Under the pieces are notes generated by a model. That model saw nothing but the letters and a program-made list of their open reading frames with translations, was not told the origin of the DNA and searched no databases. This document shows positions 21,655-21,686 of a DNA stretch of 21,686 bases, one piece after another. Within the stretch, counting starts at the first letter, position 1; the number at the start of each line of letters is the position of its first letter. Origin of the DNA: Macrostomum lignano (taxonomy: Eukaryota). The DNA is taken from the NCBI GenBank assembly GCA_002269645.1, contig NIVC01005202.1, forward strand, positions 1 to 21,686. The letters are read 5' to 3'. A program made the translations under genes and the position numbers.

Positions 21655-21686
21655 ACGTAGAAAGTGTAGGTAAAAATTAGACCAGT

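Larger units (their letters stand above)
21440..21686. other. Non-array flank (putative subtelomere), A/purine-rich on +
   Basis: The array ends abruptly at ...AAAACCTC|GATATTAATC... and no further repeat units follow. Only 247 bp are visible, with no recognisable gene. Confidence 0.85.

Noticed and set aside
21537-21686. Minus-strand frame open from the window edge to TGA at about 21537 (TGLIFTYTFYVSTISSTRLSTFLSTLRFSFQFKVNYCTLHPSDSRSYLI)
   Set aside because: It is only about 50 codons, has no visible start and no recognisable motif, and its Ser-Thr periodicity simply reflects the AGTAGA repeat.

Overview
About 99% of the window (1-21439) is one uninterrupted, single-orientation tandem array of roughly 950 copies (estimated from length) of a 22/23-bp unit, AAACCTCAGTAAGAATCG(C)4-5. 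The other strand reads (G)4-5CGATTCTTACTGAGGTTT. Unique A/purine-rich sequence follows from 21440 to the window end. The best interpretation is a chromosome end carrying an unusually long, non-canonical telomeric repeat. Three features support this: the G/T-rich strand runs 5'->3' toward coordinate 1, the outer array is nearly homogeneous, and degenerate variants accumulate next to the junction with unique DNA. A terminal or interstitial satellite cannot be excluded, because the window does not show that coordinate 1 is a molecule end. No protein-coding gene, RNA gene, CRISPR array or mobile element is supported, and all six listed ORFs are by-products of the repeat. The most interesting signals are: (i) a binary C4/C5 length polymorphism with regional bias, (ii) a second 22-bp repeat type containing canonical TTAGGG preserved in blocks near the junction, possibly a fossil of an older telomerase template, (iii) variant-marked duplications showing recombination inside the array, and (iv) nested palindromes and an exact 12-bp-phased motif in the 247-bp flank. 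The organism cannot be identified from this sequence.
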